From assembly GCA_965112155.1 (NCBI GenBank), contig OZ218105.1: 64,000 nucleotides of DNA. One strand, given 5' to 3'. This DNA comes from Podarcis liolepis (lineage: Eukaryota). The position numbers and the translations under genes are program-made. The notes under the pieces are model-generated. The model saw only the letters and a list, made by a program, of their open reading frames with translations, was not told the origin of the DNA and ran no database searches. Below, piece after piece: positions 38,168-51,793 of the stretch; the stretch's first letter is position 1; each line of letters starts with the position of its first letter.

Positions 38168-38341
38168 CTGTAAATGGCACTATCCTGTTTGCTGATTATG
38201 GCTTTCAAATCCGTGAGTTCAAGGAAACGGTCATGGAAATAATGTAGGTGTAAAATACACACTAACAAAAAGGAGGTTGGAATAAAGATGCGGGTAAACA
38301 ACTCTGCTACAGAAAACTGCTTTAAGCCAAGATCTTCTAGT
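38168..38341 (-). CDS. PIEZO2: PIEZO2 exon ~17 (LEDLGLKQFSVAELFTRIFIPTSFLLV...SAIY)
   Basis: CAG acceptor, CAG|GTAAAG donor; peptide match. Confidence 0.93.
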
Positions 38342-38641
38342 CTGAAATATAAAGCAGTACAAGATACAGCTAAGTTAATGGTCAGGATGAATTTGACAAT
38401 GTTTAATATTTGGCAGAAAGCACATTCTTAGCTGGTTGTAAAACAGAGCAGCTATAAAGACTATTTGGTGCAGTTTTGGGAATCATACTAGTTCCACATA
38501 CAACAGAAAACTAATAATACACATATCCACTGTATTGGTCTATGGCCAGAATAATTCAATCATTCATTCATTCATATCTATTATAGCGACAAGAGGCTTG
38601 CAAAAAGAACTTTACTTTCTGGTTCTTAAAATGCATTATGC

Positions 38642-39465
38642 CAGTGGTTTTCAACCAGTGTGCAGTGGCACTCTGGGGTGCCTTGAATGATGGTCAGGGT
38701 GCTGCAGGCAACACTGGCCTCTGTCCCTCTTTCTTTCCCTCCCTCCTCTGATGCCCTGTCACATCTTTGCCCCCCCCCTTCAGAAGCTTGCACAGCTGTT
38801 TGTTGCAGCAGCTCTGGCTATGAGCTCTGCAGGTGAATTATGCCTCTGGGGCTGGCCAGCAGGTGCTGGGTGCCCGGAGCTGAGACGGCCTTGGAGAGTA
38901 AGCAGGCAAGTGCATGAGAGGGCCCAGCCAGCCAGCCCACCAGCCCTTGCTGTTTGGAATGGACAAATGGGAGGCTGGGCAGGCAGGCAGGCACCACGCT
39001 GGCCTTTCCTGTGCTTACTGTGTGCAAGGCCTGCCTGGGAGCTGAGTGCCCGGCACTGAAGGGGAGCCTTTCCACCATGCAGTTCTGGCAGTGCCTGTTG
39101 CTGCCACCCAAGGTAAGATGTTGGCCTCATGTTCACCTTCAGCCAGCCTCCTTTGGGCCACTAACACTGGGGGCATCCTCTTCCCAGGCCCCTGTGGGGC
39201 AGTGTGAGGAGGCACCTCTCTTTGGGCCAGAGGGGTAGTTCAGAGACCAGGAGCAGTGGCGGTGGCTGCCCAGAGGACTCCCAAGGAGTGGGGAGATGAG
39301 AATGAGGAAACACTCCACAAGGTAGGGTGTTCAAAAAGGGGTGAGGGGCTGCGGGCTCTGCAGGCAAGGGGTGACATAACTGGGCTCCTGCGCCCCACAG
39401 GGGTACCGCAGAAAGAATGTAGTTGGTCAAGGGAGCCGTGGACTCAAAAAGATTGAAAACCTCTG
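38642..39465. mobile_element. Non-autonomous hAT transposon, 824 bp
   Basis: TIRs CAGTGGTTTTCAA / TTGAAAACCTCTG; perfect 8-bp TSD CATTATGC at 38634-38641 and 39466-39473. Confidence 0.88.
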
Positions 39466-40549
39466 CATTATGCAATCATGCATTCTAACTTTTTTTTTTT
39501 AAAGAGAAAGTAAGTTGTAATTCTGGAACATCTAACTAATTTATCCAGACAAATATATTAATCTGCTAGAGCAGCCAGATAAGTTTAAATAAATTTCTAT
39601 TCATAGGTCAAACAACAAGAGAAGTAATCTGGGCAGCTTACAACATCAAACATTACATTTGGAATCACAGTGGCTACCTTTGAAGATCATGATAAGATTA
39701 AAACCATGGCTTACTGTGTCTGAATGAAGTGCACCCACCCAGCCAGGATGTGAGGTTTGCGTAAAGAAACCACAACTGGCAAGCTAATAACTAACCTTGG
39801 CTTATCACTATCCCTATGTTAAGCCAAGGATCATGGTTTGTTTCCTCCCAGTGCTGGCAGATATGAAGTCTATTGTGCATGGTAATCTATTGTTTGTATG
39901 TTACCATCATGTGGAAAGAAAGCTTGTCTTGAAATACAATACAGTGTAATGAATAAAATACAATCAGCTAGGAAGCTAAGCCCCACAACTACAGCACTTT
40001 TAAAATGATCATCCATGAGCCACTCAAAATTAGGTAACAGTGATACAGCATTGTTTTTATGATGCAGAAAAATGAACAAAACTGTAGCCAATGGATGCTG
40101 AGAAAAAGAAAGAAAAGGGAGATAAAGCTAAGGAAAAATTAAATAAATATGGCTGAGAGGAAAACAAGCAGCCAACTTCACAAAGGAAACACTGTTCTTC
40201 CCAACTTTGATTCACGTGCATAACATGGGACTTCTCCACTTTAGGGCTAGGATTAGAATGATAGCTATATTTTTGTTTTCACATTGTGCATAGTGGACAC
40301 TGCTTAAGAGATCTTTAAAATATTAAGCAGTTAAGAAATGCTTTAAATTAAAATAAAATATAAAGCAAATATTGGTCTGCAGACATCTCATATGTGTGGT
40401 TGAACAGATAGCATGAATAAGAAAAATCCATCACCATCCGGTTTAACCTGCATTCATATCAGTGGGACTTCTGTGCAGGACTGGCAACACCCAAATCCAT
40501 AATGTATTTGTTAATAGAAGGTGAGACTATGTTAGCAGAAAATACTCAC

Positions 40550-40698
40550 TGTTTCTCATTCATCCCTGTCATGTTTTTCCACAACCCAGGAAATGATTTA
40601 AACTGATATGTGTAGATAAAAACAAGTACTAGCATCGTGTAAACCACCACTGACATCCAAAAATATTTCAAAATTCGCCGCCACCATTCATAGTGCAC
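40550..40698 (-). CDS. PIEZO2: PIEZO2 exon ~16 (VHYEWWRRILKYFW...GMNEK)
   Basis: CAG acceptor, GTGAGT donor; peptide match; not in the ORF track. Confidence 0.93.
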
Positions 40699-41385
40699 CT
40701 GGGAACCAGAAATTCATGTTGTAAAGCAAATTGTTAGCTTTTTATAAACATAATTGCTTATATTCTATTCAATTTGAACATGGCAATTTCGTTGGATTTC
40801 TTGTTTACTGAGGAGGTCGATAATATTGTTTGAAGGGCTGTGGTCTGCCTCTTGTTTGCCTGGCATATGAAGGCCTGTTAAGGCAATTATTAACTGCAGT
40901 GATAAATATGACACTAAACTAGGCATAGGGAATACACGGTTTAGTTGGATCGCAATTCTCATCAGCGCTAGTCAACATGGCCAGTGCTCAGAGGTAATGG
41001 AAGCTGTAGCCCAAATTCTGAAGGGTCATAATTAACTTTTCCTGCACTAAATGAAAACTGCCAAGACTGTGAAACTAGTTGCAATTTGTCTGGTCTTTAA
41101 AGTAGCATAGTTAATGCTCCCTGCATGCAGTAACCCTCCTGAACTCCACTATGCACCATTTTAATTGCTGTATAGGTGAGTAGAAAGGGGAGAGAGAGAG
41201 AGAGAGAAGAAAAACTTCTTGAAAAACTTTTGCTTGACATGAAATTGGTTAGCATTTGGAGAAGATTATTTCCATGGGGGCACTCAGAATTATCTGCCCA
41301 GGAAGGCCCATCAAACCACTTCCTGTTCTTTCTAACCACCAATGCAAGAGCTTCTCTTGGCTATGGTTGGTGTTTCAGTAATCTA

Positions 41386-41390
<5 letters not shown>

Positions 41391-41430
<40 letters not shown>
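41391..41430. repeat. (AT)n microsatellite
   Basis: Seen directly. Confidence 0.95.
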
Positions 41431-41433
<3 letters not shown>

Positions 41434-42499
41434 CAGAATTTTAAATTTTTATCTTTTAAGTTACTCTGATCTATTACCTTCTTTTAGTAGATAAGGAACT
41501 AGCAAGTTTATTAAATTTTTATATCTAGAAAAAAGAGATCTGAAGAACTATGACTATTTTTCAGTTACAACACTATGAAGCAGTAATCTAAGAAATCTGT
41601 CTCTATCCCATTGAAGGCTAAGCCTATACTAGAATATGTGAATGAGTGCATAGCTACAGTCTGCCAAAAGTTCTTTATACAGAGTTTGGTAAACAAACTT
41701 CATCGACTTTGTCAATAGGTTAGGTTTTCAGATGTCACCTTCAGTAGGTGATGCGCCCCAGTTTATGTTAACTGCCAAGGACACTGTCAAGTAGACACGG
41801 TCTAGGCAAGAAGGGGCATGGAGAACATAGTTCATAAAAGAGGAACTGGAGTTAAGCATTGCTAATAGGGGAGATTTGGCATAAGACATTGTCTGAGAGC
41901 TAAACAGATTGTATGCAAAGGACATGTTGCTGAACCTTTATAAACTCCCTTGATTAGGACTCACATGTTTTTCTACTGAATTCTGTATTGTTTTGCTGAC
42001 ATTCCTACGTAACCTCACTACTGCAGGAAAGCACGGGGAGTGGCATCACTCTGTAAAAACTGACTTTGATGTAAAATAATTAAGAGGGGCAGCTAATAGA
42101 GGGTCACATCTGGTGGGGGGGGTGGTATAAGACAATGTCTCTCATTGCCACCAGACCCAGGAAAATCTACAGGTGCCAGGAGAATGTATGAGGCAGCTTA
42201 CACCCTAATGGCCAACAAACTCCAGAGCTGATAGGCTCTTGGTGGTTAGAAAATGTGTGCTTGCCATTGTCTTGTGCTGTACCCTTACTCTTGGAATCAC
42301 AAAAACACTGAAGAGATGGTTAAATCCAAACTAAGGAGTAATTCACACTATAGGACTTAAATTATTTCTAATCCAATCCTATTGCTTAGGACAAACAATT
42401 GCTGTTTTAAAAATATAGTAAGGGTAATTAAACATATACCCTGGATACATTAATTAAAAAGTAACAAGCTGAAAAAACCCTACATTTTGTTTAACTTAC

Positions 42500-42768
42500 C
42501 TGATATAGGACTACACAGAACAAGAAGAGCATCATATAGATGATTTTGTACATGACAATTTTCCCTTCAAAGCTGACAAAAAAGAACATTCCTCCACAGA
42601 CATAAATCCAGTATTTAATGAACATAGCCATCACCAGGTTTCCCAGGACCTTCATTACATCTTCTTCTTCCTCCTCCTCCTCCTCCTCCTCCCCTCTTTC
42701 CTCCTCTCCCTCCAGTTGCTCCACTTCATCCTTTTGGGATTCTTCTTCATCTTTTTGGGATTCCTCTT
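42500..42768 (-). CDS. PIEZO2: PIEZO2 exon ~15 (EESQKD...MKVLGNLV...CVVLYQ)
   Basis: CAG acceptor, CAG|GTAAGT donor; YWIYVCGGMFFFVSFEGK motif. Confidence 0.93.
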
Positions 42769-44220
42769 CTGTAAATACAAAATGTCATGAACTTTACTTT
42801 TGCTTAGTTCATATTACTTGGTCTTGCATTGTTGGTAAAAACAAGTAGACTACTGTGGGCAGAGTGCAACTACACTGGGCAGGACAAAGAGCACAGGAAA
42901 AGCTAAAGCAGGTAAGGGAGCAGAGAGAAACTACTCATGTGAGGTGAGCTAATGCTAGGCCACTACCTGCCAGCCTCCTTCTCATTCCATGGTAAAGGAG
43001 AGGATGAGTAGCAGCTGAGAAGTTACCAGGGGTAGTTTAGGGGAGCGCAACTGGTTCGCCCAGACTGAGCACTGCAGGGGGCACTGCAACAATGATATAG
43101 AATGGAAGGCTTGCATTACTGGGATCTGATTCACATGATGTTTGAATTCCCTATATTTGCATTTTATGCCATAGAACCATTCACCAACCTTGTCTTAGCT
43201 TCAGTGCTAATCAACTGAAACTGAGTCATTGTTTTCTAGATACTGATGACTTTTAGTATAAGATGCATGTATATGGGATTTGATCTCTATAGCTTGCCTC
43301 ACTTGAATCATCTGATCTACATATGAGTTGGGTCATTCAATGAAAATGCGAGCCTGTAGACTCATTTTTCATTTTCATATATAGCTAATATGTTCTATAT
43401 CATTTTAAATATCATTTGGTAAAATTTCATTATCTGGCAAAAGTTCTTCAAAATGGCATTTTACACTTGAGAAAAGAAACAGAAGCACGACATGCAAAAT
43501 GACCCAGAATTTCCCTAATTCTCCCTGCTAAATTTCAGTTAAATCCCTCACTTAGTAAGGCAACAACCATTTTACGCTTCTCCAATATGTGCGCGACCAC
43601 ACACGTGTGCATCACCACAACCTGGAAGTGGCCAGGAAAGGGGTGGTGGGAAGGGACATAGCAGGGCAGAGCAGACTCATTTTTCACATAGTCTAGTCCT
43701 TCCCTTGCCCACCCCCCAAACATTCTTAACAGGGTCTCTTCTCCAGTCTTCAGGGAGTAGCTGGAAGTGGGGAGCCAGAAAAAGCTCCTCCTTTCCTTCC
43801 ACTCTGCAGTTTTAATCTGAAATCTTAGGCACAGTACTGCACCCAGAACTTAGAAACTGTTCGCGCTAATGAAATTCCGTCACAAAATGCGCCTAGAACA
43901 ATGGGAGTTTCAAACACTAAACGTAACCCCTGCACAAAACAGTTGTTGCCTGTATGTCCCACCTCGTTACTTCACACTGTCTTTTCCTCATTTGCCCTGT
44001 TTCACTTTCCTATCAGCCGAACTCACCACACAATGTCATTTCCATGAAAGTCACTTTCTTTGCCCTTTGCACCTTCTACTACCACTTCACTTTCCTCTTT
44101 GTCTCACTTTCCTCTTTGTCACACTTTATCACGTTCGTCTCTTTTGGGCTCACAGATTGCGTTCAGAATGCACAGAATGCATTAAGAACTCAGATTTTTT
44201 TAAATGTAATCTGTATTTAC

Positions 44221-44344
44221 CTTTTTCTTCACTCTCTTCTTCTTCAACTTTTACCTCTGATAAAACAGCTTCTTTTAACTGAAAAGCTTTCCGCTCAGTG
44301 AGATGTTGTCTGAGCAGTAGCCAAAATGTAATTGCAAAAAGAAT
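44221..44344 (-). CDS. PIEZO2: PIEZO2 exon ~14 (ILFAITFWLLLRQHLTE...SEEK)
   Basis: CAG acceptor, GTAAAT donor; peptide match. Confidence 0.92.
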
Positions 44345-45777
44345 CTGCAAGGAGAAATGGGGAGGAGGAGGACAGAGGGGGAAAGTTAGAACACCTAATA
44401 TGTTGTTTAATATTCATTATCTAATAGAATTATCTATGACATTGTACTTACGAGATGGACACACTCTGGTTGACATTGTAACTCAAGGATGGCGCAACAG
44501 TGCCTCTATAGATGTTTGATTACCGCTTCCATCATGCTATTCTATGCTGCTTGGGGATGATGGCACTTAGAGTTTATGAATATATGGAGAGCCACAGGTT
44601 TCCATCCCTGCTGTTAATAATTTGTGAGAACTGGATGATATTGCTGAACATCTTCCAGACATTTGCCAACATAATCTGGCCCCCAAATGTCTCTAGAGCC
44701 ATATGCATGCTACGACTGTGCTTTTATTTGGGGATGAATGGTAAAATGAGACAACTATATACCTTTCATTCCATTTTTCATCCATCACAAATATATGTAC
44801 ACAAATTCCCTCCAAGAACTCTCCACCTGATTTGTGGGCAAAGAATTTGCAAGAACCATTAGCTTCTTTGTCATTTTATAAGGATTTGCTTTGTTGTTGT
44901 TTTGATGTTGCAACAACTATGTTGGTGGCCTGGCCACCATTGCACAAAGCTCTAGATCTAGTTTCATTTTACAGAATTTTCTCTAAGTATTCCCCACCAT
45001 TTTTTGTGTGATGGTCACTAAATTTAGATAAATTTTTGCAAAATTACGCTTTCTTCCATAAGAAATTTCAGCTCTACTCCAGTGATAAGACATGACCCAT
45101 GGACACTAATGACTTTCAGTGAACAACTCCTTATTCAGTGCTGTTTGTGCCTTTTGGGTTCAGTTTGCCAGCCAAATGGGCATGGCTGCCTCTGGTGGAA
45201 GATGAGAAATGTAGATAACTCTCCAGTCCTCTACTTTGCTTCTAATTTAGTTTCCTTTTCTTTATGAGAGGCAGAGAGACAAAGAGGGCAGGATTGTGCT
45301 TGCTGGTGGGTGCAAAACAGGTCCTCATCTTCTTCCAGTTATGTTGAGATACTTTTATATCCTTGATATACTTCATACGATAACACAATCTTTATTTTCA
45401 GTGATTCGCAGGTTCTACTTATGGTTTTGATAACAGACTACACATCTATCCAGTGCCTGCACTCTCCCTCATGTTTGAGAATTGATTTGTAGTCAGTTTC
45501 CCTTAATCCCCTGGATTATTGAGCCAGCAGCACTCTCACCTACTTAGGGAAAAAGTAGTGTTTTAAAAATATTGTCATTCCCTGATTGTTTTGTGCCTTG
45601 CATAGTCAGTGAGAACCATACCACCCATGCCAAATTCCTACCCAACTTTGCCTTTAGAATGCATTATCTTAATTCTTCACTGACTGTCAACAGTTTTTTT
45701 TAAACAGGTAGGATTATGTACTTTTAAGGTGGTTACAACATTCACAGATTAATGTAGTTAAGCAGTATATAAACATT

Positions 45778-45811
45778 AATAAAATAAAATAAAATAAAAT
45801 AAAATAAAATA
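45778..45811. repeat. (AAAAT)n microsatellite
   Basis: Seen directly. Confidence 0.9.
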
Positions 45812-47344
45812 GAGCATTGTGCAACCTCATCTTCAGAGGCTTGGGTGGTGCCTTCATGTATAAAGAATAAGTGAAACAGCACTTTATTCTCCCTTCCCAA
45901 AGACAGCGATAAGCACATTAACTCTGTGACTGATTAGGTTTTGTATCTCATGGTTCTTCCTTTTTCTCCTTTGCATTTTCTAACACATACAAATGCCTAC
46001 ACAGAATATTCACTGTGCTTCCATTTTCAAAATCTCTCTGGAGAGCAGTCTCTTCTACAAAGCAACTCATTTTCTATTTAAGAGCACATACTTTGAAAAA
46101 CAAAACGGAGAGCATTATGGTCTATTTATCTGTCATTTTCTATTGAAAGCAAAATTAAATTTATGTCTAAACCCACAGAGTGTCTTTTATTCAGTGAAAT
46201 ATATCTAGGGTATGTCACTCACTTACTATGGTGTATACATTTATCTTTTTTGCTGATACCATAATTTCATTTTTCTGATAGCCACTACTTTTAGATAAGA
46301 CATTTTACAAAGCAGCCAATCAAAGTTTATGGCAAAGTTGCTGGCAACATATTAAAGCAGTTAAATCTCTTGAGAGAAATTTATAGCATCAATGAGAGAA
46401 AGTGTACAACATATCCAACAGAACCTCTGGACCATTTAATCTGTTTTAAGAGCACTAATGCTGCCTTTGAGAGAAGATAATATAGTGTTTGCTCATTTTC
46501 ACATTCATTATAAATTAAGGAGTAGCCAGCAGGGAATAAGTAGTACAGAATTCACTTTGAGAGAGAATCTAGTGCATCATAATGAAGGTGCTTAGGCTAG
46601 TGAGACAAAGGAATAATGAAATGCAATAGTGGGATTCATGAAACATTTTGTACCTACTTTGCTTCAGAAAAAGAGACTACTAAATGTGATATTATATTTG
46701 AGCTTTCACACAACATAACAGCCACTTCTTGAAATCTAGTATAATATAGTGAAAGTTTAGCATTTGTTCCCATGTTAATTAATGGCAGAAATAATCTGTT
46801 TGCAACCCTGGTTAAACAAAAATTTTTAGGAGTAAAGTTATGAAACTTAGGCAGTATACCAGTATAAATTTATTTCCTGCTGTTTTCATAGATCAATAAT
46901 GGGAGAACAGAAGCATGTATGTGTGGAAAGAGTGGAGCTATAGTGACATTGTCCAAGGACGGTGCCATTGTTCTGTCATTCCACTCCCACTAGTGTAAAT
47001 GAAATTTAGTGTGACATGCCGTTATATTGGTCAAGAAGTCACAGTTCCATAATGCAACGGGTACTATAATGTGAAAGGAATTTTAGAAGATGGGACAGAC
47101 ACAGCAGCATTAAAATCAAGGAAACTAATGCAATATTCCCCACATCTGAATGCACCCCAGGTATACCCATACAGAGGTGCTTTAGGTATACACACACAGG
47201 ACTTTTTAGATCCTGCTCACAGCTTGCACACATTGTATTTTTTCAACAACAATCCTTTCACTTCTTTTACTTCTAATGTAAAATCCTGTATGAACTGAGG
47301 ATCTCATTGTCTTCAGCTTGATTCCGTTTTAAAACATTATTTAC

Positions 47345-47581
47345 CTTTGATGCTAATTCTGTAGGAGCTTTCCGTTCTAGAAATCCTGAAACCGTTGGAA
47401 GTTCATTCTCATTCAGATCAATACTCCAAATGTACTGAAATGTTAATAACAGGTTTCCATATACCACCATAAAAGGTGAACTGATCATAGCATATTTCCT
47501 TCGGTCACGCAGCATCCAAAGTATGCAGGACCATATCAGCATCACAAATGTCAACCAGCTATGGTAAGTAATACTCCAGGC
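47345..47581 (-). CDS. PIEZO2: PIEZO2 exon ~13 (AWSITYHSWLTFV...TELASK)
   Basis: AAG acceptor, AAG|GTAAAT donor; THU3 transmembrane peptide. Confidence 0.93.
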
Positions 47582-47659
47582 CTTCAGAGAAAAGAAAAAG
47601 AAATGGAAGTATTATGTTGATTAAAAGGAAAACATGAAAGCATATGGTTTTCTTAGGGA

Positions 47660-47788
47660 AGCTTTTAATGTTTGATGTATTACAGTATTTTAATATTTTT
47701 CTGGAAGCCGCCCAGAGTGGCTGGGGAAGCCCAGCCAGATGGGCGGGGTATAAACAATAAATTATTGTTGTTGTTGTTGTTATTATTA
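47660..47788 (+). mobile_element. LINE (L2-like) 3' end with (TTG/TTA)n tail
   Basis: GAAGCCGCCCAGAGTGGCTGGG...CCAGCCAGATGGGCGGGGTATAAA followed by short repeats. Confidence 0.65.
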
Positions 47789-48840
47789 ACAGTGCTAAGT
47801 TTCTAAGTCAGAGGTGCATCCTATTCTCATTAGTTATTTAGAACTGGGAAGCTGCTGTTTGTAAAGCTGACATAAACTTTCACAACCGAGAAGTTTTTCT
47901 AGGAGAATTACAGTTAACACTGAGGCACTTTTCTCCTTTATTTTATGTCTTTATATTGCTACAGCAGAAACACTCCAGTCACCTGAAAATCCAGAAAAGA
48001 TTAGCAATGTACATGTGTTTTCATATTAATATAGACAATGACATAAATAGCTAATAACTGTAATTTAATATGGGTTTTTTAAAAAACCACCATGATTTAC
48101 TGTTAGCTTAAAATTGATCGATTGTTAAAAAAAGATGGCCTAGTTTGAGTTCTGAGTTTTACATAATCGGGAAGCCTCAGGTTCGCGAGCTCCCCACCAT
48201 CCTTCTTCCACATGGCCAGGAGAACTTCTGCATCATTTAGTTTCATTTTTTATAAGAAGAGCCCCATTTGATCAAAGGCCAGCATCCTGTTACTTCAGCA
48301 TCCTATTCTTACAGAATCGCAGCTTGCTGTGCCATACTATCTAGAGATCAAGGCTTAACAATTTCAAATAAGATAACTTAAAACCATGAATTATAAAGCT
48401 GGCTTATTTAATCAGTGTTTGCTTTAAACCATGTTTCTTGGTTTGTACAAAGACATAATTGAGCACAACGCTAAGCATGAATCATGGTAACTTTTATTTG
48501 GATTGTTTAGGACTACAACATATTTAACAACAAATTTAAACTCCTGCTCTTTATTACCTCAGGACCAAACGGAAGTTTTAATGAAAGTAATATTTCTACA
48601 TTACAGAAGATAAAGGATTCCAAGGGACAATACACAAATGGTTGAAGAATAAGAGCATTAACATGAGGGAAATATTTCATTAGATTAAGCATGTTTGTTT
48701 CTAATGCCGAGTGAAAAATTACAAATTTAAAAGGAGTAACAATTATAATGATCAATTGTAGGACTTTGACCACAAAATAGTCTTGTTACCAAAATGGACA
48801 TTTGTTATCAGAGCTATAACAAAGATGTTATATAACCTAC

Positions 48841-48983
48841 CATCATGGCAATCAGAGCACAAACATAACTTTGCTTCATGATAAAATGGAAAACTGTGAC
48901 CATTGCATGAACTTTGGGATTCACTTCTTCCTCAACATTTTCTTCCTCATCCTCTTCTTCCTCCTCTTCTTCCTCTTTCTTTT
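48841..48983 (-). CDS. PIEZO2: PIEZO2 exon ~12 (KKEEEE...KQSYVCALIAMM)
   Basis: CAG acceptor, GTAGGT donor; peptide match. Confidence 0.92.
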
Positions 48984-49263
48984 CTGAGGGGCCAAAAAGA
49001 ACTGCATGAGTTGCAAAACTCAACATGAATTGTATTCAAAGGCTCCCTTTTGGGGATTGTCTCGTTCATGGAAGATTTCTATTTATGTTAGATTTCTGTT
49101 AACTGAAACTCATTGAAGAGAACTTTTGGATCTATTCATGGTACGACCATGAGGCTCCAAATCCTCTTTTTCTCATAAGGATAATAGTAGAAGTGGCTAT
49201 CATAGTATAGAATATTCAGATGCTTGGTAATTAAAATTGGATGTGTAAATTTGTAGTACTGTG

Positions 49264-49353
49264 TATATCTATATCTATATCTATATCTATATCTATATCT
49301 ATATCTATATCTATATCTATATCTATATCTATATCTATATCTATATCTATATC
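49264..49353. repeat. (TATATC)n microsatellite
   Basis: About 15 perfect hexamer units. Confidence 0.95.
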
Positions 49354-50453
49354 TGTGCACAATGGGAATCCCTCTCTTTAACAAGACTCAGGAAGTGGTG
49401 GGCTGGCCAATAAGGTGGCAGCTCAGCCAAAGTCACTAAATTGTTCAAAAATAGAAAAGCTTTGTCCTTTAGAAAGTTACTAGCTGCTGTCTCTCTGCAA
49501 AGGGTTCCTGATTAGTCTTGAAACAAAATAAAGAACATGGCTTGGCGTCAGGAAAGCACAGGGACAGATGAGAAAGGAAGTTCTATTAAAGGCTTAGCTG
49601 AGGAAAGAAATACTCATGCTCTTATAGTCTGTATTTGGGGTGGTATGATTTGAGAAAGTGTGTTGTGTATCAGTCTCCTGGAAGCAACTCAAAAATCTCA
49701 ACTTGTAGAGCAATCTCCTGTGCAGAGGACTGAACTACAGAGAAGTGTGGAGCACTCTGAGTGGGGAAGATTAAGCCAGAATACCACAAAATATATTTCT
49801 TCACAGGTTGAAGAAAGTGGGGGTGTCCTTCGGCTCCCACTCATGGGGAAAACTTATCTTACTGTCTCACTCTAAATGTGAAAGAGGCTTTTTCACAAGG
49901 GCATGAGGGACAATTCATTACAAAAGACATGGGTGGGGAGTTCCTAGGACATCCTGAGTTAATGAACTGTCATGTCACATGGTGAAGGAACAGCCACTGG
50001 GGTGTTTCTGCTTTCAGCAAGGCACTCTTACCAATCCTAAAGTGAGTGAGCTTGGAAGTTCTCAGGAAATGCCCAAAAGGAACATTCTTGATATTCTCTA
50101 CATAATCTATTAGCAATGTGTTCTTCCCCTTGCTGAAAAGGCGAGGGGCTTGGACTTCTCAGGAAATGCAGAAAGGGCACTTTAGTGTAAGTGGGGTATG
50201 CTTGCTGGTGGGTACTCATTTATTCCCAGTAGATCCCAGAATTAATTCAAGCAGGTGCTAATTGGCATGTGTTTGGATCATCACTGAGTCACACAACAGG
50301 ACCTTTTTCTGCCCACCACAATCATGTATTCATTGCTCATAGCCAAGCCAACCACACTTCTTAATAACAATGTATTCCTATCAGGCATGTGGGACAGAAC
50401 AAAATGGACATAGAAAGAACAAGTGTTTATTCCTAAACCATTTTCACTACTAC

Positions 50454-50592
50454 CTAAGTCATCAACTGTTGGGTCCCATTTGTAGTGCGGTCTTGAATAC
50501 ATATCTACCCTCGCAGGCCCATTCTCCATGGGACACAATGGGTGTATGCTCTGATAGTCTACAGGTGTACCATTCACTGTCACTAGAAGAAC
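50454..50592 (-). CDS. PIEZO2: PIEZO2 exon ~11 (VLLVTVNGTPVDYQSIHP...WDPTVDDL)
   Basis: CAG acceptor; TAG|GTAGTA donor gives phase 1; peptide match. Confidence 0.85.
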
Positions 50593-51793
50593 CTGTTGAA
50601 TTGAAGTTAGAGAAAATGAATCCTTTTAAAATAAACACAATACATTTTTATCACTTTTATTGTAAAAAATATCAGTGATAGATAGTAATCTACCCACAGT
50701 TGCCATACACATTAAATATCGACTATTACATGATTAACAGGCAATCAGAAGTCCAAACAATTCTCACACATTACAAAATGCAACATCCAAATTGGTCTAA
50801 CACTACTGTCCTAAAGGTAAAGGTAAATGACCCCCTCTTGTTCCCAGGCTCTACCTATATCTTCTCCAGAGGGTTGCAGTAACCCCTAGAATAAATTTAG
50901 GGGGTATACAGAGAGAGGCAGTTCCGTTGCATAGTCAAAAGCCTTTGCACTTGCAGAACTGTTTATTTGGATGCTGCCCATGATCTGTAAATAATAGAAA
51001 GAGTGGTTGTGGGCACCCAGCTATTTCAAAATATCTCAAAGTCTGGCAGGAAGTCACACATCTACTTCTGCTTCTAAGCTGTTTGCAGGCAGATAACTTG
51101 AAAGGCTAGGATCTTCTATTGAGCCAGATGGTGCTGTTGTTGCACCTGTTATTATTCATTATGGGCTGTATCCAACACTGCAGCTCTGCTAGTACAACAT
51201 ACTTCAATGCACACAATGGAACTTCCTGTTTCCTCTAACCCCTGTACTGTTGGGTGACCATTAGGACCAGATTTGGGGATGTGCAGGGGGAGGAAAGGAA
51301 ACTGAACTTCTGTTATGCTAGTGAAACTCTGCTGGAGCAGTATTGGATACAACCCAGAACTTGTAGGCTTCCCATTAACAAAACGTCTCAGGGAAGCAAA
51401 CAACTGTTAATAAAATACAAAATAAAAATCAGTAATATAATCACAATATTGTAAGAATAACTAAGTAGTAGAATACATAGTAATACAACAGCAAACCATG
51501 TTATTAAGCCTCATAAGCCAAATGGAATATATTTTTTTCAGCAGGTGTTTAGAAGATGTGCTGGGGGGCTAAAAGGATATAAAAGTCTCCTTGCTTTAGA
51601 TGTTGCTGCTCAACACATGAGGGCTGGGAGGAGCATAGCCTTGGGGATGGGGTGAACCGCATGTCCCTACAGTCCCTTTCGACTGTACCTCTGTCCCTTT
51701 GTGTAAGTAATGTGTGAACAAAGCTTATCTCTAAACAATATAATCAAAATTCACAGTGCAAATTAACTCCAAAAATGAGACAATGGTACTAAC

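Noticed and set aside
38751-39475. Cluster of overlapping ORFs on both strands
   Set aside because: They come from the GC-rich interior of a non-autonomous hAT element and resemble no protein I recognise.
49136-49384. ORF with an (RY)n repeat
   Set aside because: It is only the translation of the (TATATC)n microsatellite.
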